64,000 nucleotides of DNA from the human T2T-CHM13v2.0 reference genome, Homo sapiens, in NCBI RefSeq assembly GCF_009914755.1, contig NC_060939.1; one strand, 5' to 3'. The translations under genes were made by a program, and so were the position numbers. Under the pieces are notes generated by a model. It saw nothing but the letters and a program-made list of their open reading frames with translations, did not search any database and was not told the DNA's origin. Of the stretch, positions 32,064 to 45,997 are shown one piece after another. Each line of letters starts with the position of its first letter. Position 1 is the first letter of the stretch.

Positions 32064-32599
32064 TCTCTGAGCCCTTTGATCCTTCTTGTCTTCCCCTGAC
32101 ATGGCAGTGCTAGGACTCCTCCTTCACTTGGTGTATGCTTTTGCTTTCCCCAAGCTTCAAGCGTCATGCTAGCAATGTATTAGCACCGTCTCCCAGGTTC
32201 CTAGCCAGAAGGCTACTCCTGTATCATGGACAAATGCTCCCCTATCCATAAACCATTGCTTATCCAATTTTATGTTCTACCTCTAAGCATCTGAGGATCC
32301 AGTCCCATACATATTCTCCTACATCCTGCAGTTTCAAGTTGACTAGTCCTTCAGCTCCTTCAAAATATAGTTCCTTTCTTCACTTTGCTGGCCCATCCCT
32401 TAGCCAGCCATCTTAGGTTGTGACTGAATCCTATATATTGGTCTGAAGGACAAGACAGAAGGTGGAGGTAGATCTTGGGGGTGGTGGGCAGAGGGGACAT
32501 TTTATCTGCAAGACAGAGGCCTTTGCATTATCTTGGAGTAAGGGAGGAGAACTAATCTTTAACATGGAAGAGTGGGCTCATACAGGCCCAGAGGGTTGA

Positions 32600-33133
<534 letters not shown>

Positions 33134-33479
33134 TGAGCCTTAAGTTGGTGATTAATCACTCACAGCCTTTCATTGTCTCGCTGCAATATATTGATGGCCC
33201 CATCCATTGATAACCATCCAATCCCATAGTCCTTATGATTTCTAACTTTTAAAGTTTGACTACACTGTTTAATGCCTTAGACTTTGTGCCCACCATGCAT
33301 TCCCTTCCTCTGGCAGCCCCACCGAGGCCCCTACTCTGCCAGAACCACACTACCCCATGCCTGTAGCAATCAGGACTCCATTTACCACCAGGAATGGGCT
33401 TTCATTACCATCTGACTAGGGGGGATCCAGCTCCAAAATCCCATTTTAAAATCTGCTTCCTCATCCCACTGCTGGCATC

Positions 33480-34225
33480 AACTGCTGTTGCTCAGATTCC
33501 CAGGAAACAGGCTTTGAGATGGAGAGTCAGGCACAGAGGCTTTGGGAGCAATTGCACCAGCATCCTCAGAGGATCTCACAAGGAGCTGTGAGGCTGGGGT
33601 GGCTCTGAAGCTGAGTTATCCTAAATCAAAGCAAGGTCACTGATATAGTTTGGCTGTGTCCCCACCTAAATCTCATCTTGAATTGTAGCTCCCATAATCC
33701 CCACATCCCTGAGGGACCCAGTGGGAGGTAACCGAATCATGAGGGCGGGTTTTTCACATGCTGTTCTCATGATAGTGAATAAGTCTCATGAGATCTAATG
33801 GTTTTATAGAGAGCAGTTCCCCTGCACAGACTCTCTTGCCTGTCACCGTGCAAGATGTGTCTTGCTCCTCCTTCACCTTCCACCATGACTGTGAGGCCTC
33901 CCCAGCCATATGGAACTATGAGTCTATTAAACTTCTTTTTCTTTATCAATTACCCAGTCTTGAACATTTCTTCATAGCAGTATGAAAATGGACTAATACA
34001 GCCACCAGGCCTTTGTGCCACTCCATCAACCAGTCTTTGGATGCAGGCTGCCCCCAGGGAGTGGACTAGCCTCCCTTGGATGAGACAGCTCCAATTAGAC
34101 AAAGACAGGGCAACTCCTGCTGAGGCACACGCTATGAGTCATCAGCAGGCAGTGGTCAGCTGGAGCGATGAGTGCCTTGATTTTTCAAGGGAGATTGAGG
34201 CAACACACAACAACATCCACTACAG
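33480..34225 (-). mobile_element. Old ERVL LTR (LTR16/LTR33-like) split by THE1
   Basis: CAGATTCCCAGGAAACAGGCTTTGAGATGGAG on the left, resuming at 34001. Confidence 0.5.
33641..34000 (+). mobile_element. THE1C/D solo LTR
   Basis: TGATATAGTTTGGCTGTGTCCCCACC...AAATGGACTAATACA with 5-bp TSD GTCAC/GCCAC. Confidence 0.9.
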
Positions 34226-35957
34226 CCTCTTAGTCTAAAAGACCTCGATGAAACACAAAATCCATACCATGGGGTGAAAATAAGTAAAGTCAATCAGAAC
34301 TACAGGGAAATGAGGAAAGAGGAATAAAATAAAATCACATTTGGCACACAAAATTTACCCCAGGGATGCTACACATCTATAAAACATGAGCCACAAACAT
34401 GAATCTAAGATTCCCAGTGACAAGAGGGAAATGCGGTCATTTCCAAGAGTTACAAGATCCACAAAACAAAAACCTTCCATATGTTTTTCTTGACACTAAG
34501 GTCTGAGAGGTGTTTGTTCTCTGGGTCCTGCTACAGTGTGAGCCTTGTGATGTGGACGAGAACACCAACATCATCCCTGTGGTCAATACAATAGCAAGAA
34601 TGTCAGAGCAACTTCTCAGAGCACACCTAGAAGCTCACCTCAGATGCAGCCCCAAAGAGCAGCGGCTAAACAACTTGAAAAGTCTGTGCCTTCCCTTAAA
34701 CAGCCTTACTGTACATGAAACATTTCCCAGGCAATTTCGTCTTAGATTCCACCTTCACAGAGAGAAATGTATGAAAACATTTTTAGAACACCTGTCCGTC
34801 CGTTGGTAAATTTTTTTTAAAGTGGGTACAATAATTGCAATAATCTATTGCGTTTTTGAAACATTTGTTCAGCAAACAGTCTTTTTAAAAAACAAATCAT
34901 TTTCATTTGGCTGGTGATAAATTAAGCCTTTTATGCTCATAGAAAATGTTTTTTTGTTTTATTTCCAAATCTCTCCCTGTCGACATTCAGAGAGACATAT
35001 TTATGGAGAAAGCAAAACAGATGATCTGGCCACGTTGCTGAAGGAGGGCCACATCTGTCTCTAAGTACCCTGAGCCACTAACCGGGATAAATCTTTCTAC
35101 CACAGAAACATTACAACACCAGGCTTCTGAGCCTCCTTTCCAAATGGCCTGCGTTTCCAGCTTCCTTTTCCTCCTAGAGACACTCACCCGGGTCTCAGTC
35201 ACTCTCCCAGCCCCCAGCATATCGTGACCCCTGTTCCTCTTTCTCCTTGAAATTCTCCAGAGCTCACTCACTTGCATCTGCTCTTCCTTCACAAAAGAAC
35301 ATACCTACAGTCCTTTCCAATTTGAGGTCAAGTTCCTTCTCCATAAGCAGTATTCTCCCAATATTTTGCTGCTTTTCAAATTCATATTTTCCTACTTTGA
35401 AAGGACTCTGACCTCCACCATGAGTCCAAGCGTACATGATGAAATTTAAAACATTTCCCCATTCACCCGCTCCTTCACCTTTCAGTGATGTCACATAAAC
35501 AGCACTCTAGAGACAAGCCCAGGGCCTTGCCACTCCCCATGTGCTCTCTCCAGGAGACAAGACCAAGGCCTGTTTATTCCACTTAAATCAACAGAAGAGC
35601 TATCCTCAGGCTGCAGTCCTGCCCTGGCCAGCCAAATTTGGAATCCACATGGCATGCAAAGTCTGTTTAAACGAGACAGCCAGAGGGATCATCTTCAGGC
35701 TATATGGGGGAGAGGAGGGCCGTGTGGGTGGAAAAGAGCATGGATGGGTCTTGGATTTAAACAAGACTGATTTTGAAGTTTCCCTTATCTTTATCTTTCT
35801 AGGTTTCACTTTTCTAATCTGTTAACAAAGATGTTCAAGCCTACCATTCAAATTTGTTGTGAAGATTAAAGGAAACACTGTCTTCTTAGTTTGGGTCCTA
35901 CTTTAGCAGATCATGAGACAAAGATTCACATGCAAGTAGTTTATTTGGACATAAATT

Positions 35958-36335
35958 TGTATTTGCTTACTAGGGCTTCCATAACCATGTACCATGGATT
36001 GACTGGCTTATATACCGAAATTCAGTGTCTCACACTTCCGGAGGCTGGAAGTCCAAGATCAAGGTGTCCACAGAGTTGGTTTCTGCTGATGCCTCTCTCC
36101 TTAGCTTACAGATGGCCATCTTCTCTCTGAGTCTTCATAGGGTCCTCCCTCTGTGCATTTCTGTGTTTAAATTTCTCTTATAAGGACACCAGTTCTATTG
36201 GATTGGAATTCATGACCTCATTTTAATTTAATTACCTCTGCAAAGATGATATCTCCAAACACAGTCACATATGGGGGTACTAGGGGTTAGGATATCAACA
36301 CATGAATTTGAGAGGACACAATTCAGCCCATAACA
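35958..36335 (-). mobile_element. MLT1B-like MaLR LTR
   Basis: GGAGGCTGGAAGTCCAAGATCAAGGTGTC...GGACACAATTCAGCCCATAACA. Confidence 0.8.
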
Positions 36336-37252
36336 GCTCCCTAACCCCCACCTCCCCACAAACAAACAAATGGTAGGGAATGTGGAAATTAAACAGGGAA
36401 CAGAAAGATGCCACACTGAAGTCTATGCTATGGAGTCGGTTACTGCTCTCCGCAACTGGAATTCAACCTCACTGAAGAATCTTAAGAGATGGCAAGTCCA
36501 TAATTAGCCTGAAAATTATCCCAACTCCCTGCTTCTCATGGGTTGAAGGTAGTGTTTCCATGTGGGAATTCCCTCCTGGAATTTCTCAGAAGGTTTTTAT
36601 ATCCTAAACCCCAAATCCCAAGAAAAATCATGTGAGAGTTCAAGGACATGGGAAACAGAATTGTAAATATTAACAACCAACAAAGAACTATCACTGGTCC
36701 TAACAAACCCACTGAGTCAGGTCTAAAGCAACAGCAGGGAAGGCTGCCATGGAGAGTGGAAGGTGAAGGTCACACTTCCTGGAACCAGGACAGGAGCACG
36801 CAGCGGAGAAACATCACATCTAACCAGTCAGCAGTCAGCCTTCTTCACACAGTGGCCATGTGACAAGGGTGTGTTCCTGGTCCTGGTTGCTGCTCATGCC
36901 ATTCTTGCAATTACAATAAATATTAATCAGCTCTTATGCTTCGTGTGCCTCATTCAAAACATATGAGTGGTGCTGGTGTTTCAAACAATAACGAGGAAGC
37001 AATCAAAGAAGTCCTTAAATTGGCCATTTTGACATGTGGTTCTGTGTAGTGCTGTTAACCCTGCTAGAACGTTGAATGTTGTGTTACACAAACACTACCC
37101 CATGTTTTCTAGCATTTGAATATTTGCCATAGGCTATGATTCTTTGTAGATACAACTAAAGCACCTTTAAAAATACTATTAAAATACTAAATACTACTTT
37201 CACTTTGTAAACACAACTATAATGCAGAATAATTTATGATTTTAGGAGTTCC

Positions 37253-37357
37253 CAGGAATTTAGATGTCTTATCCTCGAATCCCTAAGATAAGTAATGTGT
37301 CAGGAATTTAGATGTCTTATCCTCGAATCCCTGAGATAAGTAATGTGTCAGGAATTT
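37253..37357. repeat. 48-bp tandem duplication
   Basis: 37253-37300 versus 37301-37348 differ at one base. CAGGAATTT recurs at all three boundaries. Confidence 0.95.
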
Positions 37358-39474
37358 GGAAATGCTAGTTACTGGGTATGCCCAGAGCCATTAATCCCCT
37401 GGCTCAGAGCTCATCCTGTGGGCGAGTCTAGACCTGCTCCAGGAGGCAGATGAACATCCCCTGACAGGGGCTCTGGCATTCTCAGGGAGCACCCCTAGGT
37501 GGACAGGGGATTCTGGAAGAATCCGGCAGGACACCAGCAGCACTGACTCTAAGTGCCTAAGACGGTACCAGGCACAGGTCTCAGGACCGCCCTGGGCAGT
37601 GCTCCATCACAGCTCGGTATCACCAGGGGATCCTTGGCAATCCTTCCCCTGGGGCCCTCCTCATGTTGTCTGGCAGCCCAAACGTGTTTTGATGGGTTCA
37701 CACTCCCCTGCCCCTATGCCATCCATATCTGACAATCTGCCAACCTGCTTCAGCCTGATAATCCTGCTGACTCTGGACCATTTCATCCTTAAATCTCATG
37801 CAAAGATGCTTCACCTTCACCTGCTCCAGGAGGTTTTGCGGGCTCAATCAGAAATGGTTTTTTTCTCCCTCATTTTTTCTTCCAAAATAAATCCTTCCTC
37901 ACTCCGTTTCTAAATCTAGTGTTCACAGCAGCGTCTTCAAACTCAGGCATGGGAAACCCCCTCCTCACTTGTAAAATCGCATTTCTAGGGCACATGCCCT
38001 CATGAGCCCTGGAGCTGGCATTTGAGAAACTTCTCCAGGTGCTGTCTGATCCTTTGAAAGGGCCTTTGGTGGGAGACCTTCCCTGAAGCAGGGGGTTGCA
38101 TGCTTTTCATGTGATTCAGAATGCCCTTGGGAGGATTTGTAAGGCAAGATTGCTAGGGAACACTCTCAGTAATGCTGACTTAAAAGGTTTGGAGCATATT
38201 TAGTGTTTTATCCCACTGCACTGGTGGTTCTCAGGCAAGTGGCCAGGAAGCGTATGGCCCTCCACGTGGCCTTCCTTTGGCAGCGTCCTCATTTGCTCTT
38301 CGAGAAATCGGCAGCCACCATGCCCAATGCCCCTTCACCTCCCTGCATCCTCCCACTGCCGGCTCAGTCAATGCAGCTATGGATATACTCTGCCTCCTTC
38401 TAAGGGACTTCCGCTTGCAGGTGACAAGCTTTTCCCCATCATGTGGATAACTATGCCACAAACATTAATCATTAAAATCTTATCCTACATAGTGCTTAAC
38501 TCTGAAACTCAGTGCATCAAGCTGGGTCCAAGAGGCAGAAACCTGATGAGTAATGGAAAGATGCTGAGAAGATGGACTGTCCTGTATGGGACAAGGAGAA
38601 ATTTAATATAAAGAATTGTTCTCTATGATACCAGAGTGGCTGTAAATATGAAATGAGGACTCTAATAGGACCCAAGGAAGGGCAGATTTCCCTCAGGCTG
38701 GTGTTCAGGCCTCATAGGAGAAGGTGTGGCTGCAGCCAACTGGATGATGGAGGAGTTCACCAGGATGCCTAAGCCAGAGCTGCCCCACAGCTACCAGGCA
38801 AGCGGGAAGCAGCCCTCCAGGGTGCAGGCTGGTGGATGGGCACAGAATGGGTCACGGTGCTGGCAGTCCACCCATAAGGAGAGAATGCAAGGCCTGGGCA
38901 TGTGTGTGTGTGTGTCTGAACTGGGAGTGCTCTGGGAAGGTGGTTGATGGGCCAGGACAGGCAGCAAAGATGCCAGGGGTCTGTGCACTCTGGCCGCAGG
39001 GCTAGGGCACACCAGATGGCCCCGACAGCCACATCCCTGACTGATCCTTGCAGTGGGAGCCAGGAAAAAACAACAAAAACGCAGCTACTGGAACCAGAAA
39101 GAGGTGCCCTTCCTCCTGCAATGACCCTCCAGTCCCCTCTGCTGACCAGGCTCACTATGGTGTTCACTGTGAAGGAAAAAACATCCATTATGGCCCAGGA
39201 GGGACTGAAGAGAGAATTTGCAATTGAGAGGATGTAAGGTGATGATCACCACAGTTACGAAAACGCTGAAGGAATCTGCATCCTGGCACTTTGAGAATTA
39301 CCCAATCCGAAAATATTTGATTTTCTTTTGTAAGACTGCAGACCCCATAATGCAAATCTATTATATGGGGAAAATAGAATCCAGCAAAGGGTTCCTCTTC
39401 AAATAGGGCTCTGGTTTAAAAGGGGTTCCTCAGCAGCTGTGCCAAGACATAATTTTTCTAAGATGGAGAATTTT

Positions 39475-39553
39475 TTTTTTTTTTTTTGAGACAGAGTCTT
39501 ACTCTGTTGCCCAGGCTGGAGTGCAGTGGCACAATCTCGGCTCACTGCAACCT
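39475..39553 (-). mobile_element. Severely 5'-truncated Alu (~80 bp)
   Basis: Only the Alu 3' end plus tail, with perfect 16-bp TSD TAAGATGGAGAATTTT (39459-39474 / 39554-39569). Confidence 0.92.
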
Positions 39554-39595
39554 TAAGATGGAGAATTTTAATCAAAATATTACCTCTCTCTTCTT

Positions 39596-39598
<3 letters not shown>

Positions 39599-39645
<47 letters not shown>
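39599..39645. repeat. (TC)n microsatellite
   Basis: About 23 perfect units. Confidence 0.95.
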
Positions 39646-39647
<2 letters not shown>

Positions 39648-39867
39648 CCACTTCCCCCTCTTCCCCACCACTGCCCCCCCTCACACACACACAGCACACA
39701 CACCACAGGTAAGCCAGGAAAGGAGTCCTGGGCCTAGAAATAGGAAATCTGCTACCCTCTCAGTGAAACCAGTAGTAAATCCAGAGGGTACTGCGCCACA
39801 TTCTCTCATTTGAAATGCAGGCCTGGCTTCAAACACCGGATGGTTGGACCCTGTGACCAAATGTACA

Positions 39868-40380
39868 CATTAGGCAGCTGTTGGTTTCAAGTAACAGAAT
39901 ACTTAACTAAGTGTGGCTTGAAATCCAGAGATCTGAGGGCAGGCCCTGGGAGGACTGATTCTGTGACTCAAAAATATCAGAGCACTGGGTCAACATCTCT
40001 GGAAAAAAAATGTCTTGTTCCTCATGTCATAAGATGGCTACAGATCTCAAAGCATTACATCCTCACATACGATTGCTCAAAACGAACAGGATGGGAGCAA
40101 GAAGTGTCTTCTTCTGGACTCTGCTTTATTGCCTTAGGAGGAAGAATTTTACCCAGAATACCCCAGCTGACTTCCCATAACATCTCATTAGCCATGATGG
40201 GGAGGTCACATTTTCACTTCTACACTGATCGCTGGCCAAGGGCATGGCATTGTCATGACTGGCTGACACCGTTCATGACTCATGTCTGAGACACGGGCAC
40301 ATTCACTCCAAACAGTAATAAAGACCCATTGGTAAGCAAGAAAAGAATCAGCTGACAGGAGGCAGCCAACAAGACCTTAC
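39868..40380 (-). mobile_element. MLT1K/L-like MaLR LTR
   Basis: TTGGTTTCAAGTAACAGAATACTTAACTAAGTGTGGCTT...CAGCTGACTTCCCATAACATCTCATTAGCCA. Confidence 0.55.
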
Positions 40381-41427
40381 ACACATTTTTGGTTTGTTTC
40401 TTGAGATAGGGTCTCCCTATGTTGTCCAGGCTGGTCTCAAGCTCCTGCGCTCAGGGTCCATAGCAAACATTTTATGACACCCTCTCCTCTCCTCTCTACA
40501 TTGTGAAAGTGTTAAGAGAGCAATTATGTGCGGAAAGTCAATGCCACATTTTAAAAACTGAGTTTTCAATTACATGAAAATACTGCTGTTGGAAATTAGA
40601 AATCAAGCTCCCTTCTGCAATCCAGATAAGAATCCCTCACAAGCTATAAATAGTTGCTCATAGAAGGGCTCTGAACTGGATGCTTTAGTCAGTTTTTTAA
40701 AAACAGTACTTAATTCTTCAATGAATTATAATAACTGTCCCCCAGAGATAAAGACGAAAGGCAGGAGAAACCAAAATAAGTGAGCTCAAGAGGGGCTCTC
40801 TTGCCTCTTTCTACAGTGTCCTTCCTGGGGTTCCTTCATTCCTCTGAGATCACAGTTGTAGTCATCCACCCATCTGTCTAGTGAAGGAAAGCCCTGGAGA
40901 ATAGGGTCCTTGCTTTCTTCTGTTTGAAGGACTGACTTGTAGAGTATCTTCATCCTTCCTGGGGGAGATTGCAGCAGAAGACGTGGCCTCACCACCTCCT
41001 CTCCCAAGTACTTTATTCCTCTTCTTGGCTTCTTTTCTTTAACTCGTTCCCTCTCCCCTTGCTTCCTCTTCCTCATTAGCATTGGTCATTAGCATTTTCC
41101 CTGCAGTTCTGAAATACTGCTCTCCTGTCAAGCCTGAGGCCCCCTGCAGCATGAGCGATGACATCGGTGTCCCTTTCACCCAGCAGGAAGTTGGCACTTG
41201 CCCTTCTCATTGCCCCACCCTGACACATTGTGGGGTGTCATCTCATAACACTCTTGCAGCTGCCTATCTATTTACATGGTGACCCGGGGTCCTGCTCATA
41301 ATTAGGAACCCTGTGGCCATCATACACAGGATGGTGGCAGAGACAAAGCAATTTAGGAAAAAAGCAAGGATTTTGAAGTCAAGCAAATCAGCTCCAAGTC
41401 CCAGTTCTGCCTCTCACTAATTATGGG

Positions 41428-42053
41428 TATGGTAGATTAAAGATGGTTGAAATTTTTTGCTCTCCTCCCATTGAGAGATGGAGTCTAATAACCCTCCCAT
41501 CACGTGTGGACTGGCTTGAGTGATCAGCTTGATCAACAGCTTATTGTAGATGTGACAATCTCAAACTTCTGAGGCCAGGTCATGAGAAGTCTTGCAGACT
41601 TTTGCAACTCACACTCTGGGGGAAGCCAGCTCCCATGCAAGAAGTCTGATTACCCTGAGACCACCACACTGTGAAGCTATAGGGAGAGAGATTGAGGTCA
41701 GAACAGCCCAAGCACATGTGTGAAAAAAGTGCACTTGAATTCCAACCCCAGCAAACCTGAAATGAAGAAAACCTGAGGAATCTAACCGGCATCCAGAACC
41801 AAGCCACCAGAACCACTTATCTGGTTGACACCTCCACGTGACACCTCCAGGCATTTGAGCCAAACTAGCTGAGACCTCAGTCACTGTGGAACAGAAATCA
41901 GCCACCCCATTGTGTTCTGTCTGTGTTTTTTTCTAAGTTGAATGATCTTCTTGGGCAGCCTCCTGAGCACAGACTCCTGAGCACAACAGAACGGTAGTTG
42001 TTTTACACAGTTAAGTTTGGGACACACATTTTGCCGCAGTAGATAGCCAGAAC
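41428..42053 (+). mobile_element. MLT1F/G-like MaLR LTR inserted into a MIR
   Basis: GGTAGATTAAAGATGG...CCTCCCATTGAGAGATGGAGTCTA...GCAGTAGATAGCCAGAAC. MIR halves lie at ~41340-41427 and ~42056-42200. Confidence 0.7.
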
Positions 42054-42500
42054 TAGGGGCACTAGCCAAATCCTCAACCTCTCTGAGCTTCCATTTCTTC
42101 ATCTATAAAACGGGGCCAAGGATAGCACCTACCTTACTTGTATTATCTATGGATTAAGTAAAACAATGACCCTCAAAGAGTAGCCCAGTGCTTAGTATAT
42201 GACCGGCAATGATTCTACACTGGTGCCTTGACATAAGATAAAAACATATTCTAAGCACTATGTGTTAAGCTCCTAGTTAGGAGCTATGAATGACGGCTCA
42301 TAACGCCTCCTCCATTCTTGGGAGCTGACTGGCTTATGAGTGTCTCCTGAGATGTTGAGCACCAATCAGGCTGCCCAAGAGATCATTCAACTTAGAGAAA
42401 AATCTCTGCTAAACTGGAAAATGAGATCAACAGGAAGTACGGAAGATGACAACATGTATGAAGTAGCATTATCTACGACTTCAAACCCTTTAGTACTGTT

Positions 42501-42870
42501 TATCATGAGGGCTAATTCTATGTGTTCACTTGGCTGCATCATGGTGCCCAGATATTTGTTCAAACATTATTCTTTATGTTTCTGTGAAGGTGTTTTTTAG
42601 ATGAGATTAACATTTAAATTGGTGGACTCTGAGTAAAGCCGATTGCCCTCCCTAACATGGTGAGTGTCATCCAATCATTCGAAGGCTTTAATAGAACAAA
42701 GACTGACCTGCCCCAAGCAAGGAAGAATTTTGCCACCAGGCGGCCTTTGGAGTCCAACTGCAACATCCACCCTTCCCTGGGTTTCTACCCTGTTGGACTA
42801 CTCTGCAAATTTTGGACCTTCCAGCATCCATTATTGCATAAGCAATATACACATATATAATATATACACA
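42501..42870 (+). mobile_element. MLT2D-like ERVL LTR
   Basis: GCTAATTCTATGTGTTCACTTGGCT...ATGAGATTAACATTTAAATTGGTGGACTCTGAGTAAAGC. Confidence 0.8.
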
Positions 42871-44469
42871 TGTAACGTACACATAATGAGTCTGAAAGCC
42901 GAGGTGGAAAAAGCATTCAAGTCGCAGGAATAGCATATGGAAAGGTTTGGGACCAAGAGAAAGCAGAGTATATTCTAAAACCTTCTGCATTTTAATAGGC
43001 TGGTGGGAATGGCAAAAACGATGTGGGAAAAGTAGGTAGAAGGCAGATAATACAAGCCCTTTTGTGGTAGGTAGGACTTGCAATCTTCAGTACCAATAGG
43101 GATCAGGCAAGTCATGAAGAATTATATTGAAAACAGAAAAGATTAATGAAATCTGTAACCAATGTGCTGTTCCCGTTTTAATGAAAAAGCTTCCAAAATT
43201 CATATTACAAATGAATATTGACCTGGTGAAATAACAGACATCTACTGGTCAGAGGGTATCTTCAGGCCACCGGTTTAGATGATGAGAAATACTGGAAGTT
43301 TTTGAAACAATAGAATCATAGGATCAGATTTGGGTTTTGGGAAGACCATTCTGGTAGAGATTGCTAAGATAGAGGCAGAATAGGGTGGGCTTAAAGGGAA
43401 GAAGAGCCACTCCAAGAAGGGGCTATTGAGACTTCCAGGTAACAGATGCTAAGGTCTAAACCAAGGCAGTGGTGATGGGCGTGGAAAGCAGGGACAGATT
43501 CTACAGCTCCTTCAAACTTAGAATCAGTGACCGCAGAGGAAGAAATGCAATTCTCATAAAGATTTCTATTATGTCCAAATTTGCAGCACATCATTTGAAG
43601 GAGTCATAGGCATATTTCTTTATATATGTCAAAAGCATTAAGACATGCAGCCTTTTCTGCAGTTCAGCCTGAATAAAACAGGTTGTTTTTAAAGACCCAA
43701 TGTGTAAAAAACACTATCTTTTGAAGCATTAAATCAGATTATAATGTAACCAACTCTCTTCTCCAGTTTCTAGTTTTCCTAACCCAATCACTGTTTTGCT
43801 GGGTGAAACATCTCCATTAAGTCACCCATTTCTCAGCCTGGAGATGCAAGAAGTAGATGGTAATCAATGTTGCATAACTGCTGAGTGTAATAACAGAATG
43901 AAGAAAGGAGTCCCATTAGCAGGGCCACCTCATTAGCATTCATTATAGCCAACAATGCCGTGCTCCTCACCTCCTCTTTATTAATGGGTTAACCTACGGC
44001 CATCAGCCTGCGTATATCATTGCATAGTAGCTTTCTGTAAGGCACAGCTAGCTCATTTTTATCATTTCACAAAAGTTCTGCTAGTGGCAATAAAGTCCTT
44101 TTGCTGACAGCCCTTGTGTTTTATTAAGGCAGTAAGCATTGGCAGACACATGAGGCTGGAGTTCTATGCCCAGTGCAGATCACAGTAGGACAGGTGCCAG
44201 GCTGGGCAGCAGGCCCCAGCTCATCTCCTGCAGGACACTCAACCAGTCATGGCTGAGCCCATATGGAGCCTGTACTCATCTGCTATCCCAGGTGACCTTA
44301 GTGACCTGAGATGTAAGCATCCTATTAGAGCTTTACCTCCATGGTCTCCTTTTAAAAGAAAAAAATCAAAAAAGCTAGAACATATTATTGGTATCTACCT
44401 ACATCCCCCCAGCACTCACCACCTGGTATATGCCCAGGAATTCTTACTGTTAGCACCTTTGATTCTTTG

Positions 44470-44937
44470 CATAGGGCCTTCCTTGGCCACAGGAGCTTGC
44501 CACCTGATTGCTATTAATCTTCTTACTAATGGAACCTGTTTGTGGGGAGAAATGTGTCTAGCTCTAGGGCAGAATGGAAATGTCATGGAACTAATGTTCC
44601 TCCCTGTGAACAGCTCTCAACAATCCCACATGGAAGTTGGAGGATAAATACCCCAGCTCTCTCACCCTTTGGATGAGACAACCTGGGGGCATGTTCTACA
44701 CAGTATCCCAGAAGACCACAGTGGGATGAACTCTGGCTGCCCAGAGTGGTAATTTGCTTCTTAAGGCATCCTACAGTGTATTCCTTCCCTTTCCGGTCTT
44801 ACTTACAGTTAGGGGAGGACTTGGAGGTCCTGACTCAAGGAAATACTTTGTGCTTCCTGAGATCTCCTCCTAAATGAACAACTTGCATCCAAACCTTCCT
44901 TTCAATGTCGTCTTCTGGGGAAGCCCAACGACTAGAG
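44470..44937 (+). mobile_element. LTR16-like ERVL LTR
   Basis: GGATAAATACCCCAGCTC...CATGTTCTACACAG...CTCCTAAATGAACAACTTGCATCCAAACC...CTTCTGGGGAAGCCCAA. Confidence 0.65.
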
Positions 44938-45930
44938 CTATGAAGAGTTTTTCATTGACTTCAGATCCATTCCTGCTCTACAATTTTGCTTCCTAAATAT
45001 CGCACAAATGTGTCTCCTTCTCTACCAGCCCACTGTTTCTGAGTTCAGAACCTCATCCTTTCCCACTGTGACACAACAATGGCCCCTTAGTTTATCCAAC
45101 TCTCCTCTTCTATGGTCCCTTCCCATTTACCTACCCTACTGCTGCAAGAGTGATTTCTCTGGCAACAATAGAGTATACACATGGTTCAATCTTTCAACAT
45201 TTTCCCACTAACTATGGGAAGACTTTCAGACCCCACAGCCTAGCCTACAAGAGCCTCATTGATTTGGTCATGCCTTCCATGTCCAGCCATCATACTCCCA
45301 TCACAGAAGTTTGGAGTCAGATGTTCTCCACTGAGCCCTTTATTTTTCCCCTATTGACGCTGTCTTATGATCCCACTGGCCATTATTTATTGAGAGCCAG
45401 CTGGGAACATACTGCTGACTGCCTACATTGTTCTAGAAAGCTTTGCCTTTCTCCTAGTGGCCATGTAGGTTTTATGGAATGCTGAGCATCTGTTTGGTCT
45501 TTTGCTCTTAAACCTAGGAGAGGATTCTACTCCAAACTGTCCGGCCGAATGATGCAAGATGCTGAGTGTCCCCACGGAGAATATCAGAAGGGACATCATA
45601 AGACAAGCATTTCTCAACAGGGGCAAAGTTCACAGTGGCAGTCTCAAGGCTCCCCTGTTAATGTCTAAGGAGGTCATAGTAGTAACAGAAGGCTGACCTT
45701 GGAAAAAGAGTTGTAAAATGCTTTGATGGGTGAGGGCATTTTTTTCCCCCTATGATTTCTTTAAAAACATGGTAGAAAGGATCAATCCCTTGCTCTCAGA
45801 ATGTGGCAGACTTGGCAATATCAACAAAATTACTTAAAGACTTTCTAATCAGGCAAGTTTTATTTCTCTTTGTTACCTTGGAATCTAAAGAGTCATGGTT
45901 CTGAACAGAGAGTCCTGAGAGCATATTTTC

Positions 45931-45966
<36 letters not shown>

Positions 45967-45997
45967 CACACACACACACACACATGCACACACACAC
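45931..45997. repeat. Interrupted (CA)n microsatellite
   Basis: CA runs broken by CATG. Confidence 0.95.
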
